From Epiperipatus broadwayi (lineage: Eukaryota > Animalia > Onychophora), in NCBI GenBank assembly GCA_028023455.1, contig JAQFVV010000002.1, positions 30,442,001 through 30,506,000 of the forward strand: a stretch of 64,000 bases of DNA. The letters run 5' to 3'. A model generated the notes under the pieces. That model saw only the letters and a list, made by a program, of their open reading frames with translations, had not been told where the DNA came from and did no database searches. A program made the translations under genes and the position numbers. Shown piece after piece: positions 38,398 to 50,835 of the stretch (the stretch's first letter is position 1; each line of letters begins with the position of its first letter).

Positions 38398-39100
38398 GAT
38401 ATATAGGGTATATGAGCACAGACTTTCACATGACTCACCACTCGATCTCTTATCACTGATACACTTGAACACATATATGTTGAAAAGATAAATAATCACC
38501 AATATACATATTTCATGCTAAACCAGCAATCACCAGTTGGTTCAGATTATAATCTCTACACATATATGCAATAAGTGCTCAGATATATATATTAAGATAG
38601 CCAATCTTCATACTTTAATGGACAGGCTTCAATCCACTCCACACTCCAACTCTTTAACTGTCCATCCAATTGAAAATCTGAAGATGGAACATTCAAAGGC
38701 CACCCTGAAGCCAAGATTCTTGATATGAGATAGAGTGGGGTCATGTGAAAGTCTGTGCTTATATATGTTATATATTACATGTATTAATACAAGTATATAA
38801 TAAGCTTGTATTTCAGTTATTACATAGTAGAGATGTCTTCCCATCCCCTGTATATGTATTAAATGGATTATGTCCTGTACATGAGGGATCAGATTGACTT
38901 TAGGTCAACATGGGTGTGACAAGAATCTCAGCCTCTGGATGCCCTTTGAGTATTCCATCATCAGATTTTTAATTGGATGGACGGTTGAAGAGTTGGAGTG
39001 TGGAGTGGATTGAAGCCTGTCCATTAAAATATGAAGATTGGTTATCTTAATATATATCTGAGCACTTATAGCATATATGTGTAGAGATGATAATCTGGAA
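38398..39100. mobile_element. HHR-bearing repeat family C, inverted dimer
   Basis: 38541-38725 is the reverse complement of 38918-39100; HHR on minus CCAA-CTGGTGA-TTGC-TGGTTTA-GCAT-GAAA-TATGTA-TA-TTGG (~38499-38541). Confidence 0.85.
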
Positions 39101-41225
39101 CATTTCCTGCAGCTCTAAAGCATCTGCAAAATCTAAATGTCTTAAATAACCTCCATTTACTCTCACTCCTTTATCTTCTCATTTTAATCCACAAAATATT
39201 TCTTGCAGCACTGCTGAAAAAGTTTTGGATATAGGGAGCCACCCTGTCTTACACCCTTCTCAATAATGACTTTCCTAGTATCATTATGTAATCTAATTGT
39301 TGCTATTGCATTTTTATAAATATTCTTTAAAATATGACAATATCCTGGATCTATACCTTGATGATCCAATGCTTTAATCACTAGAGAAATGTTTATAGAA
39401 TCAAATGCCTTTACATAATCTACAAATCCAAAGCATTATGGCAACTCATATTCATTCGTCCTTTCTATAACTTCTCTCAATACCTGGATATGATCTACTG
39501 TACTAAAACCACTTTTAAATCCAGCTTGTTCTCTTGGTTGGTGGAAATCAAATGTTCTCTGTAGATAAGTTATAATTATCTTGGTAAAAATTTTGTATAA
39601 AACTAATAAAAGGCTGATAGGTCTGTAATTTCTAATAACTTCTTTACCACCTTTTTTAAATATTAATATTATTACTGCATTCTTCCAGTCATCTGGTACA
39701 TCTTTATCATTTAGACATTTGGTATATAACTTTGCTAAATTTTTTTCCAATTTCTTCACCTGCTTCTTTTTATTTATCAATTATAATTCCATCATTACCT
39801 GTGGGGCTATTCCTTTCTTCATAAATTTAATTGCATATTTCACTTCTTCATTTAAAATTCTGGGTAAATCAGAAGATATCATAGATATAGGAGATCCTTG
39901 TTCTTTATTACTATATAATTCTTGATAGAAGTCTTCTATCCATTTCATGACACATTCTTTTTAGTAATAATTCCAACTTTTTTCTTATTGCAGATATAAA
40001 TTTCCTATCAATACCAAAATGTTGTTTTACACTCTTGAGACTTTTATTCTCTTCTACAGCTTTTCTTGCTAGTTCACAGTTATACTTTCTTATATCATTT
40101 TCAACTCTTTTCCACACCATTTTACAAAATTTGAGATATTCAATCCTTTTTAATGCATCATTTTTGTATATCATCATATTCCTTTTTTTTTTCATAAATT
40201 CTTTAGTCTCAGTAGAAATTTTATTGGTCAATTGCTGCTTTTTTCTACCAGCTATCTTTGTTGCAGTTTTCAAAAGTGTATCAGTTATTTTCATATTAAT
40301 TTCATTCAAATCTGAATCATGTTCAAAATCCACTAATACTTGAAACCGATTTGTAAGTTCTAATTTAAATTCATTAGAATGTTTCTGAAGATTAGGAATA
40401 TCAACTGTAAATATTGTTTTTCTTAATAATTTTAATTTTTGTCTCTCTAGTTTTACATTAACACGTAACTTACACCTTACTAATCGATGATCACTTCCTG
40501 TGTTAAATTTATTAAGAACATTACAATCTTGAAATATGTATTTCCTGTTAGTCAAAATATAATCCAATTCTGCTGTACCTTCATTTGGATGCTTCCATGT
40601 CCATTTCCTTTTAACATTTTTTTCAAAAAATGAATTCATAATATAAAGTTTTTTCTTTTTCTGCAAACTCCACAAGTCTATGTCCTCTCTCATTTCTACT
40701 ACCATAACCAAAATTACCTACAGCAATTTCATCTTTCATTTGTCTACCAATTCTAGCATTAAAGTCTCCCATAACAATTTTAAAATGGTGTTTACTCTGA
40801 TCAAAAGCCTTTTGTACATCCATATAAAAATCTTCTACTACTTCATCACTATGAGAACTTGTTGGGGCATAAACCTGAATTATCTGCATTTGGTATCTGC
40901 TATTAAGTTGTATAACTTATCTTGCCACTCTGTCCGATACATCATCAATCTCCACAATGTTGTTCTTCCACTTTTTATTTCTAATGAATCCTACTCCACT
41001 TGTATTTCCAATATTTGTGCCTTTATAGTACAATATATGTCACTTTTTAAATCATTTATCTCTTCATCTTTTCTTCTAACTTTACAAAGTCCAATAATGT
41101 CCCATTTAATATAAGACAATTCTTCTTCTAATTCTTGCAATATTCCTTCACTTGAAAGTGATCTGCAGTTGTAAGTACTAAATAAAAAGTCATCATCAAA
41201 TGACAGCCTGGGTTGACAATTAGGG
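39101..41225 (-). mobile_element. RTE-clade LINE (APE endonuclease + RT), near-complete 5' ORF start, 3' part missing
   Basis: STYNCRSL..WDIIGLC APE N-terminus (~41090-41185); IIQVYAPT, GDFNA, LDYIL, SDH motifs; NYRPISLL, REQAGF, GVRQG and HLDFAD RT motifs; several frameshifts. Confidence 0.95.
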
Positions 41226-41505
41226 GATTCAGCAGTTTAAAACATTATATTATTGTATATTTAAAAAAACCATAAATATACTATTATATATAAAAATACC
41301 ACTATACATATTTTACTAATCCACATATAAAATAAAAAAACAAATAATAAACAATAAAAAATAGAACATTAAAAAACAGTTCTCTAGGAACCAAATCCCT
41401 AGGAAACTAGGCAATTCAAGGATGTGATAATACCTATATTCATATCATGAAGATGTAACATCTTAAATTTAAAAATAAAAAACTTTGGTCAATAAATTGG
41501 TTTGT

Positions 41506-42750
41506 ATGAGGTGCGAGAATTTAATTCACAGAATGCACATACATACGCACTAATGGCTATAGTCACCTTCTGCGAAATCCTCTTGTGCATGTATATAGTG
41601 ATTAAAATGGCATTCCCATTTCTGGAAGCACACCTGGAAGCCAATTTCAGGAATATTGTTGAGAAATTGCCTCACATTCTTTCGGATATCAAGTATAATA
41701 GAAAATCTTCATTCTTTCAGAAGTTTTTTTTGACCAGAAAGTCTCTCACAATGACTGCACTATGACTAGAGGCATTGTCATGATGAATGATCCACTCGTT
41801 CGGTTACAATTTGGGCATTGTCATGATGAATGATCCACTCGTTCGGTTACAATTTGGGCATTGTCATGATGAATGATCCACTCGTTCGGTTACAATTTGG
41901 GCATTGTCATGATGAATGATCCACTCGTTCGGTTACAATTTGGGCATTTCATGATGAAGGATCCACTCGTTCGGTTACAATTTGGGCATTGTCATGATGA
42001 ATGATCCACTCGTCCGGTTACAATTTGGGCATTGTCATGATGAATGATCCACTCGTTCGGTTACAATTTGGGCATTGTCATGATGAATGATCCACTCGTT
42101 CGGTTACAATTTGGGCATTGTCATGATGAATGATCCACTCGTTCGGTTACAATTTGGGCATTTCATGATGAAGGATCCACTCGTTCGGTTACAATTTGGG
42201 CATTGTCATGATGAATGATCCACTCGTCCGGTTACAATTTGGGCATTGTCATGATGAATGATCCACTCGTTCGGTTACAATTTGGGCATTGTCATGATGA
42301 ATGATCCACTCGTTCGGTTACAATTTGGGCATTGTCATGATGAATGATCCACTCGTTCGGTTACAATTTGGGCATTGTCATGATGAATGATCCACTCGTT
42401 CGGTTACAATTTGGGCATTGTCATGATGAATGATCCACTCGTTCGGTTACAATTTGGGCATTGTCATGATGAATGATCCACTCGTTCGGTTACAATTTGG
42501 GCATTGTCATGATGAATGATCCACTCGTTCGGTTACAATTTGGGCATTGTCATGATGAATGATCCACTCATTCGGTTACAATTTGGGCATTGTCATGATG
42601 TTCGGTTACAATTTGGGCATTTTCCTTTGAACAGGATCTTGTAATCTGACATATTTTTAAATAACATTATTGGTTCATTAGTTGTCTGCTTCATGAATTC
42701 TTGGTGGGGTCATTCTGGGAATTAAATTGTCACACTTTGTGTAGCCATTG
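41506..42750 (-). mobile_element. Degraded mariner element 3' half carrying an internal minisatellite
   Basis: Minus-strand RKCP..PNEWIIHHDNASSHSAVIVRDFLVKK; candidate right end ta|tgaggtgcgaga at ~41506. Confidence 0.75.
41771..42620. repeat. 43-bp minisatellite, 19 full units plus one internally deleted unit
   Basis: Unit gggcattgtcatgatgaatgatccactcgttcggttacaattt; units 5 and 10 are 42-bp variants and units 6 and 11 carry cgtccgg. Confidence 0.97.
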
Positions 42751-43984
42751 CAAATCTCATCTCTAGTGTGTTTTTTATAGATCTATTTTTCTTGGCATTC
42801 GAATAATCATCTTAGTTTGCAACTAACTACTGCTAATGGAACAAATAGTCAAATGCTCCTGATAAATGTTTGTAATCAATTAAATTTTCCAAATTTGAGA
42901 TCTACTCCTTAGTGTAAAACCTTTCAAGAACTCTCTCATTAGTTATGTTTTTAATCAGAAACTCCAATTCATGATGCAAACGAAAGGTATGACATAGTTG
43001 AATGTTTACACGGAAACAATAATCACTTTTCTATTCATATGTCTTAATTACAACTAATTGGATTTTGGTGATGGAATATTTCAGAAATCAGTCTTATACA
43101 TATATACCATTTAACTCATTAATACTTCATATTCATACCTCATAACAGATGGAGATAATCCATGTTTGTATTACAAACCCAAATAGAAATATGGCATTAC
43201 AAGAAATATATACGCAAAATTAACTAATGCATATGATAAATGTTTATAACTAATCAAATCTTTAAGATTTTTACAAATCTTTGAAGTTTCCCTCAGCGTT
43301 ACCAGAAGCTTTCTCATTATTCAAGTATTTCAACAGAAATTCTGGTTTATCAGAAGGAATTGACTATTGTCTCTATGTAGATATGTTGGGTGGTTCATAT
43401 TTCTAGTGGATTGACTTGGATTCAAACTTTTAAGTAGATTTAAATGTCAAGTTTGTAATTTGACAGGTAAACTGCAATTAAAAATGACTGTTACTTCTGC
43501 ATTTCTTCCAATTTTAAATCCCAAATCACATTGACAAAGGAAAAAGCACTAAATTGGTCTAAGGGTGGGGTTTGAATACTTAAATCAGTGGTTTATATGC
43601 ATTTAGTAATCAAGTTTATGCTAGAATGCATTAAAGTGGAAAACTTTTGACTTACTTGGGAAATTGAAAATTTGTTACTAACAATCTTCCTTATACAGAT
43701 TTCCCATTAACTGTAATATCCACTTTCATTTTTCCTAACTTAAACTGTATATGAAATAATACTCCTTACTTTAAATTATTGCAATTTCTTATATATAAAT
43801 TGTTATTTTGATTGTCCTGCAGTCATTTTCAGAGGCATCTACGATCGAAACAGCAGTTTAAGAAATATAATTATATTTATAGGATTTTAAGCTGTTGTGA
43901 TATGCATTGGAATCAATATTTAAAAAAAACTGAGTAAATATTAATAATTATTATTAGTCATTTATTAGACTAAAGATTATCAAC

Positions 43985-44330
43985 TTAATAAATATTTCTG
44001 TAGTGTAATTTTCACTATACCACTCTCATGCAAAGTAGGGACTGGTTCCAATCAGCTTTCAAGATCCTGTGAAGGGGTGTAATCATAAACACATGACCAA
44101 AGACATATGAAGATCTATGATGCCCAAAATGCACATTTCATCCTGAACCAGAACTCATCAGTTGACCCAGATTACAATCTCTTACACACATCTTTATCAC
44201 TGTTCAGCAACTACAGCTTAATTGATAAGTGACAAACTTACAATCTTCACAACTTTGATGCAAACCATTTAATGAAAGTATATTAATAACTTTTATCAGT
44301 ATTCATTGGACTAGAGATTATCCACTTCAT
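43985..44330 (-). mobile_element. HHR-bearing repeat family E copy
   Basis: Minus strand TCAA-CTGATGA-GTTC-TGGTTCA-GGAT-GAAA-TGTGC (~44131-44166); diverged direct repeat of 44875-45235. Confidence 0.75.
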
Positions 44331-44870
44331 CATCATGATCAACCATTATCAATCCACTGCAGGAAGAAGGTCTCTCTAAGTTTAAGTCATCTCCGATCTT
44401 TAGCTTCTCTTCCCCACATCACCCCTGCACACTTTCTTATTTCATCCATCCATCTCACATGTGGTCTCTTTCTGGGTCTTTTACAATCTTTTGGAATTCA
44501 GTTTAAAATTTCAATTGTCCATCTATTATCATCTCTTCCAGCAATATGTTCAGCCCAACTCCACATCAATCTTTTAATTTTTTCAATGAGGTCAATAACA
44601 CCTGTTTGTTCTCTTACCCATACATTGCATTTACGATCTCTTCTTGTTATTCCCAACATGCATTTCTCCATACTTCTTTGAGTGGTCTGAAGTCTCTGTA
44701 TTGCTCTTCTATTAAGTGTCCAAGTCCCAGATCCATAAGTAAGAACTAGTAAAACACATTTGTTAAAAACCTTCCTTTTCAAACACATACGCATATTTCC
44801 TTTTAGTATCAAGTTATTTCTACTAAAAGCACTCCAACCAAGTTTAATTCTATGATTAATTTCCTCCATT
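44330..44870 (-). mobile_element. RTE LINE 5'-truncated 3' fragment
   Basis: ORF 44498-44869 is nearly identical to the C-terminus of the 46096-48407 copy; (GAT)n tail at ~44330. Confidence 0.9.
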
Positions 44871-44874
44871 ATGT

Positions 44875-45235
44875 GAATAATATTTCTATATTGTAATTTT
44901 CACTACACTACTCTCAATGAGATAAAAACTGGTTTCTTTCCACTTTTGACATCTTGTGAACAGAGTAATCATAAACATTTGACCCAAAACATGCGGAAAA
45001 AATCATGCTTCCCATGGTTCACATTTTGTGCTGAACCAGCACTCATCAGTTGGCCCATATCACAATATATTACACATATCTTTATCATTCAGTGTATATA
45101 GATAGCCAATTGCTACAATTTAATTAATAAGTGTCAAACTTATACTGTCCTCCTAACTTTGACCCAACCCACTTAATGGAAGTATATTAATAATTTTTAT
45201 TAGTCATTCATTAGACTAGAGATTATCCACTTAAT
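44875..45235 (-). mobile_element. Family E copy
   Basis: Minus strand CCAA-CTGATGA-GTGC-TGGTTCA-GCAC-AAAA (~45026-45055). Confidence 0.75.
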
Positions 45236-45529
45236 GCACATCTTCTATTTCACAGGTCTTTGGTTATATGTTTATGGTTATAACTCTTCACAAAGTGTTA
45301 AAAGCAAATAGAAAACAGTCTCTATCTTACATAAGTGTTGTGAAAAATACACTAGAGAAATAATAGGAATAAATAGGTCTTTTTTTTTTTTTGTAATACT
45401 ATCTGGACAATAAAGTCAATACAAAACTATGATAAATTATTTTATTTCCTGTAAATTCTCTTACATGTCTTCTGTGACTGTTTATCCATATCTTACGTTT
45501 ATTTACAATAATATATAAGAAAAAAAAAA

Positions 45530-46030
45530 CATTTATAATTGTTAATAGAGAAGAATATATAAATATTAAAGTTTATCGCTTAATGTTTTCGAAGATCCAT
45601 GCCTCATATTCATAGCCTTCATAAAATATATAGTAAAATATATGCAAATATTCAAATAAGCTAATATTACTTAGCCCATTTCTTCGAGATTTCAAAGCAA
45701 GTGTCTTTCCTATTAATAGCATGGATGTTTCCATTAATGTAAAATGCCTCCTTTATTTTTCTTTTGTGATTGTTTGATTCTGAGCACAATATTATGGCAT
45801 TGGCAGGTGTGAAGTTGTGTCCAGATTGTTTAGCATGCTCCAAAAATACAGAGGTTGTCAATATTTCTCGAAGAAATGGGCTACATAATACTAGCTTAAT
45901 TGAATATTTGCATATATTTTACTATACATTTTACGAAGGCTATGAATATGAGGCATGGATCCTCGAAAACGTTAAGCCGATAAACTTTAATATTAATTTA
46001 TATCTTCTTCTCTATTAACTATTATAAATA
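45530..46030 (-). mobile_element. Penelope-like element 3' remnant: GIY-YIG C-terminus flanked by inverted pseudo-LTR copies
   Basis: ORF 45667-45861 (VFLEHAKQSGHNF..ILCSESNNHKRKIKEAFYI..AINR) matches the typical PLE endonuclease C-terminus; 45530-45690 is the reverse complement of 45865-46030. Confidence 0.85.
45938..45978 (+). ncRNA. Minimal type I hammerhead-like motif, A3:U8 variant, all stems intact
   Basis: GGCT-ATGAATA-T-GAGG-CATGGAT-CCTC-GAA-AACGTT-A-AGCC: stem I GGCT/AGCC, stem II GAGG/CCTC, palindromic stem III AACGTT, H17=A. Confidence 0.7.
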
Positions 46031-46095
46031 AGTATTTTTTGTTACATAATATTGAGAAGTAAAACTATATTTAATAATATATAAGAAAAGTTAGT

Positions 46096-48407
46096 TTGCA
46101 GAAAAAGAAAAACTTTATATTATGAATTCATTTTTTGAGAAAAATGTTAAAAGAAAATGGACATGGAAGCATCCAAATGAAGGTACAGCAGAATTGGATT
46201 ATATTTTGACTAACAGAAAATACATATTTCAAGATTGTAATGTTCTTAATAAATTTAACACAGGAAGTGATCATCGATTAGTAAGGTGTAAGTTACGTGT
46301 TAATGTAAAACTAGAAAAACAAAAATTATTAAGAAAAACAATATTTACAGTTGATATTCCTAATCTTCAGAAACATTCTAATGAATTTAAATTAGAACTT
46401 ACAAATAGGTTTCAAGTGTTAGGAGATTTTGAACATGATACAGATTTAAATGATTTAAATGAAATTAATATGAAAATAACTGATACACTTTTAAAAACTG
46501 CAACAAACATAGCTGGTAGAAAAAAGCAGCAATTGACTAATAAAATTTCTACTGAGACTAGAGAATTTATGAAGAAAAGAAGGAATATGAAGATATACAA
46601 AAATGATGCATTAAAAAGAATTGAATATCTCGAATTTTGTAAAATGGTACGGAAAAGAGTTGAAAATGATATAAGAAAGTATAACTGTGAAATAGCAAGG
46701 AAAGCTGTAGAAGAAAATAAAAGTCTCAAAAATGTTAAACAACATTTTGGTATTGGTAGGAAATTTATATCTGCAATAAGAAAAAAAGATGGAATTATTA
46801 CTAAAAAGAGAGATGACATCATGAAATTGGTAGAAGATTTTTATCAAGAATTATATAGTAATAAAGAACAAGTACCTCCTATATCTATTACATCTTCCGA
46901 ATTGCCCAGAATTTTAAATGAAGAAGTGAGACATGCAATTAAGTGTATGAAGAAAGGAAAGGCTCCAGGAAATGATGGAATTATAATTGATATATTAAAA
47001 GAAGCAGATGAAGAAATAGAAACAATTTTAGCAAAGTAATATACCAAATGTCTAAATGATAAAGATGTACCGGAAGATTGGAAGAATGCAGTAATAATAT
47101 TAATATTTAAAAAAGGTGATAAGGAAGATATTAGAAATTACAGACCTATCAGCCTTTTATCAGTTTTATATAAAATTTTTACCAAGATAATTACAACTCG
47201 TCTACAGAGAACTTTGGATTTCCACCAACCAAGAGAACAAGCTGGATTTAAAAGTGGTTTTAGTACAATAGATCATATCCAGCTATTGAGAGAAGTCATA
47301 GAAAGGACAAATGAATATGAGTTGTCATTATGTTTTGGATTTGTAGATTATGAAAAGGCATTCGATTCTATACACATTTCTTCAGTGATTAAAGCATTGG
47401 ATCATCAAGGTATGGTTTCCAGGATATTGTCATATTTTAAAGAATATTTATAAAAATGCAACAGCAACAATTAGATTACATAATGATACTGGAAAAATCA
47501 ACATTGAGAAAGGTGTAAGACAAGGTGACTCCATATCTCCAAAACTCTTTACAGCAGTGCTGCAAGAAGTATTTTGTGGATTAAAATGGGAAACTAAAGG
47601 AGTGAAAGTAAATGGAGAGTATTTAAGTCATTTAGATTTCGCAGATGATGTAGTTGTTTTTGCAAATAATGCTTCAGAGCTGCAGGAAATGTTGCAGGAG
47701 TTAGCAGATGAAAGTAGAAAAGTAGGACTAAAGATAAATGTTAAAAAGACAAAAGTAATGTTTAATCGATTTGCTCAAAATATGAAAATAAAGATTGATT
47801 ATGAAGAATTAGAAGAAGTTAACAGTTACAAATACCTTGGTCAGATTATTAATACAGATGGAAACATAATGGAGGAAATTAATCATAGAATTAAACTTGT
47901 TTGGAGTGCTTTTGGTAGAAATAACTTGATACTAAAAGGAAATATGCCTATGTGTTTGAAAAGGATGGTTTTTAACAAATGTATTTTACCAGTTCTTACT
48001 TATGGATCTGAGACTTGGACACTTAATAGAAGAGCAATACAGAGACTTCAGACCACTCAAAGGAGTATGGAGAGATGTATGTAGGGAGTAACAAGAAGAG
48101 ATCGAAAACGCAATGTATGGGTAAGACAACAAACAGGTGTTATTGACCTTATTGAAAAAATTAAAAGATTGAAATGGAGTTGGGCTGGATATATTGCTAG
48201 AAGAAATGATAATAGATGGACAATTGAAATTTTAAACTGGATTCCAAGAGATTGTAAAAGACCCAGAAAGAAACCACATGTGAGATGGATGGATGAAATA
48301 AGAAAATGTGCAGGGGTGTTGTGGAGAAGAGAAGCTAAAGATCGGAGAAGATGGATTAAACTTGGAGAGACCTTCATCCTGCAGTGGATTGATAATGGTT
48401 GATGATG
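46096..48407 (+). mobile_element. RTE-clade LINE, 5'-truncated, intact 3' end, 13-bp TSD
   Basis: TSD aagaaaagttagt at 46083-46095 and 48408-48420; APE C-terminus, RT (REQAGF, GVRQGD, HLDFADD), gatgatg tail; one stop (47037-47039) and frameshifts near ~47410 and ~48080. Confidence 0.97.
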
Positions 48408-48639
48408 AAGAAAAGTTAGTATTTAAATGATATTATTGCACCTGATCTTTGATTACCTGAATCTATTATCCTTAAAGTTTCCTTCCATTTAATTTTACTT
48501 CATTTCCAATCATATTAAAACAAATAATAAGATTAAAGAAATTTGCCCTAATCGTTTTTGTCTTGAACTTTTTCTGGTGAATTTTTTAATTATTTAAAAT
48601 TTTAACAGGTTTAATTTTTAACATTTATTTTTTGTATTA

Positions 48640-49150
48640 GTCATCACCATGAAAATCTCTCCAAGTTTAATCCAAGTCTTCACTTTCTCATTCTCCACAT
48701 TATTCCTGCATAGTTCCTTATTTCATTCATCCATCTCACATACGGTCTCTTTCTAGATTTTTTTACAATCTCTTGAAATCCAGTTTAAGATTTCAACTAT
48801 CCATCTATTACCATTTCTTCTAGCAATAAGTCGATTCCAAATTCACTCCAGTCTCTTAATTCTTTCAATGAACCTCAGTAACACCTATGTTTTCTTATCC
48901 ATATGTTTCGACCCCTTCTTGTAACTCCTAATATATTTATCTCCATATTTTGTTGCATCTGTACTATTCTTCTGTTAAGTGTACAAGTCTTGGATCCATA
49001 AGTAAATGCTGATAAAACCCATCTATTAAAAACTGTCCTTTTCAAACACACAAACATATTTTCTTTTAATATGTATTTCCACCAAAAGCATTCCAAGTTT
49101 AATTATATAATTAATTTCATCTATTATGTTTTTATCTGTATTATTAACCT
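48640..49150 (-). mobile_element. Older RTE LINE 3' fragment
   Basis: Decayed reverse complement of ~47840-48390. Confidence 0.8.
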
Positions 49151-49394
49151 GGCCAACATATTATTTAATTGTCAACTTTGAATTCATGGTTGTCAATTTT
49201 TATCTTCTAAAAAAAGCCATTGAAATATTATTTTAGTCTTAGTAGCATTTATCTTTAATCATATTTTCTTACTTCCATTTGCAAAAATCATCACACCATC
49301 TTTTAAATCTAATTTTATTTATTTACTTTTACTCCTTTAGCATCCAATTTGGATCCAAAACTACTTCTTACTAAGCTGCTGCATAAAGTTTTGT

Positions 49395-49875
49395 AATATA
49401 ATGAGTGTGCCAATAGCTCTTAAGAAGCTTTTCAGAACATCCCTATCCTCAAAACAGTTTCTAGCTCTGGATTTCATCAGTGAGAGCTAAGATATCCATG
49501 CATTAGATTTAAAATACCAAGTCAAGCCTAGCACTTTATCTAATGTTTAACTATTAAATAGAAAATCTGAAATTTTCAGACAGATATAAGTCTTCAAATT
49601 CAGCTAACTTAAATAGCCATATGGGACTGAATCAAGTTCAGATACACCATATATTAATAGTTTTAGCAATATAAAATCACCAAAGCCATAATAGCTAAAA
49701 TCTGGTATTTTAAATCTAATGCTTGAATATTCTAGCACCTCACCGATGAAGGCCAGAGCTAGAAACTGGTCTGAGGATAGGGATATTCTGAAAAGCTTCT
49801 TAAGAGCTATTGACATGCTCATTACATAACATTTGTAATACAAGTTTAGTAAATTAAATCACATGATGTATGACT
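49395..49875. mobile_element. Family B inverted dimer (HHR on both strands)
   Basis: Plus: CCTCA-CCGATGA-AGGC-CAGA-GCTA-GAAA-CTGG-TC-TGAGG (49738-49776). Minus: CTGATGA-AATC-CAGA-GCTA-GAAA (~49458-49480). Confidence 0.85.
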
Positions 49876-50094
49876 TGATTTCCTTGCAATTAAAGTTTTG
49901 TAAATATGAAATCACCTGCTATATATTAATTTTCTTAATATTACCATGTGATGCATTTTGATAAATATTCTTCCAAATATAATAATATTCCAGGTCTATA
50001 TCTAATCACCATGAAAATACGAGAAGAATCAAATTTCTTTAATAATTTATAAATTCAAAGCATAAAACAAATCATATTTATTAGTAAGAAAAAA

Positions 50095-50455
50095 CAAGTC
50101 ATAAATTATGTGACTTAATTTAAAAAGCTTGTTTTACAAATGTAATATAATGAGCATGCTAATAGCTCTTAACAAGCTTTTCTGACTGAATATCTCTATC
50201 CCCAAACTGGTTTCAAGTGGCTGGCTATCATCAGTGAAGTGCTAAAATATTCAGACTTTAGATCTAATGTCTGAATATCCTAAACATGTTACTGACAATA
50301 GCCAGAAATTTGAAATGGGTTTGGGGATATATTTGGAAAACCTTGTTAAGATCTACTATGTGTGAATATCCTAACCTTCACTGATAATAGCCAGCAGCTT
50401 GAAACTAGTTTGGGAATAGGATATTTGGAAAAGGTTGTTAGCTATTAGCACTCCC
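50095..50455. mobile_element. Family B cluster: one minus-strand and two plus-strand decayed HHR copies
   Basis: Minus CTGATGA-TAGC-CAGCC-ACTT-GAAA-CCAG-TT-TGGGGA (~50199-50234); plus ctgacaatagcc.. (~50292) and CTGATAA-TAGC-CAGCA-GCTT-GAAA-CTAG-TT (50381-50410). Confidence 0.75.
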
Positions 50456-50514
50456 ATTAAATTATTATATTAGTTTTTTTTATAACCTCTCAATTGTTGA
50501 AAGAAATATATCAT

Positions 50515-50750
50515 GCTAAAACCACTTTTAAATCCAGCTTGATCTCTGTATTAGAGTCAGATTTCACTATAGATGAATTGAAATTGTTTGGGTAAAGATT
50601 TTTTATAAAATTGATAAGAAGACTGATAGATCTGTAATTTCAAATTCATAAATGTTTTTGTCACCTTTATTAAATATCATTATTATTGCATTCTTCCAAA
50701 TATCTGGTTCATCTTTATTGTATAGACATTTGGTGAAAAGCTTTGCCAAA
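50515..50750 (-). mobile_element. RTE RT internal fragment (decayed)
   Basis: Similar to ~39505-39735 (ctaaaaccacttttaaatccagcttg..attactgcattcttcca). Confidence 0.7.
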
Positions 50751-50835
50751 GCAGTATAAGTCAATAAATTTAATTAATCAAACAATTAATTAATGTTTTT
50801 GAGAATTTTTATGCATAAATTTATATATTTACAAT

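Noticed and set aside
41190-41260. HDV-like ribozyme at the RTE 5' end (known for some RTE elements)
   Set aside because: Only ~40 nt of plausible 5' UTR remain and I could not build the nested double pseudoknot.
41771-42620. CRISPR-like array
   Set aside because: Units are contiguous with no unique spacers, the unit derives from mariner coding sequence, and the context is eukaryotic.
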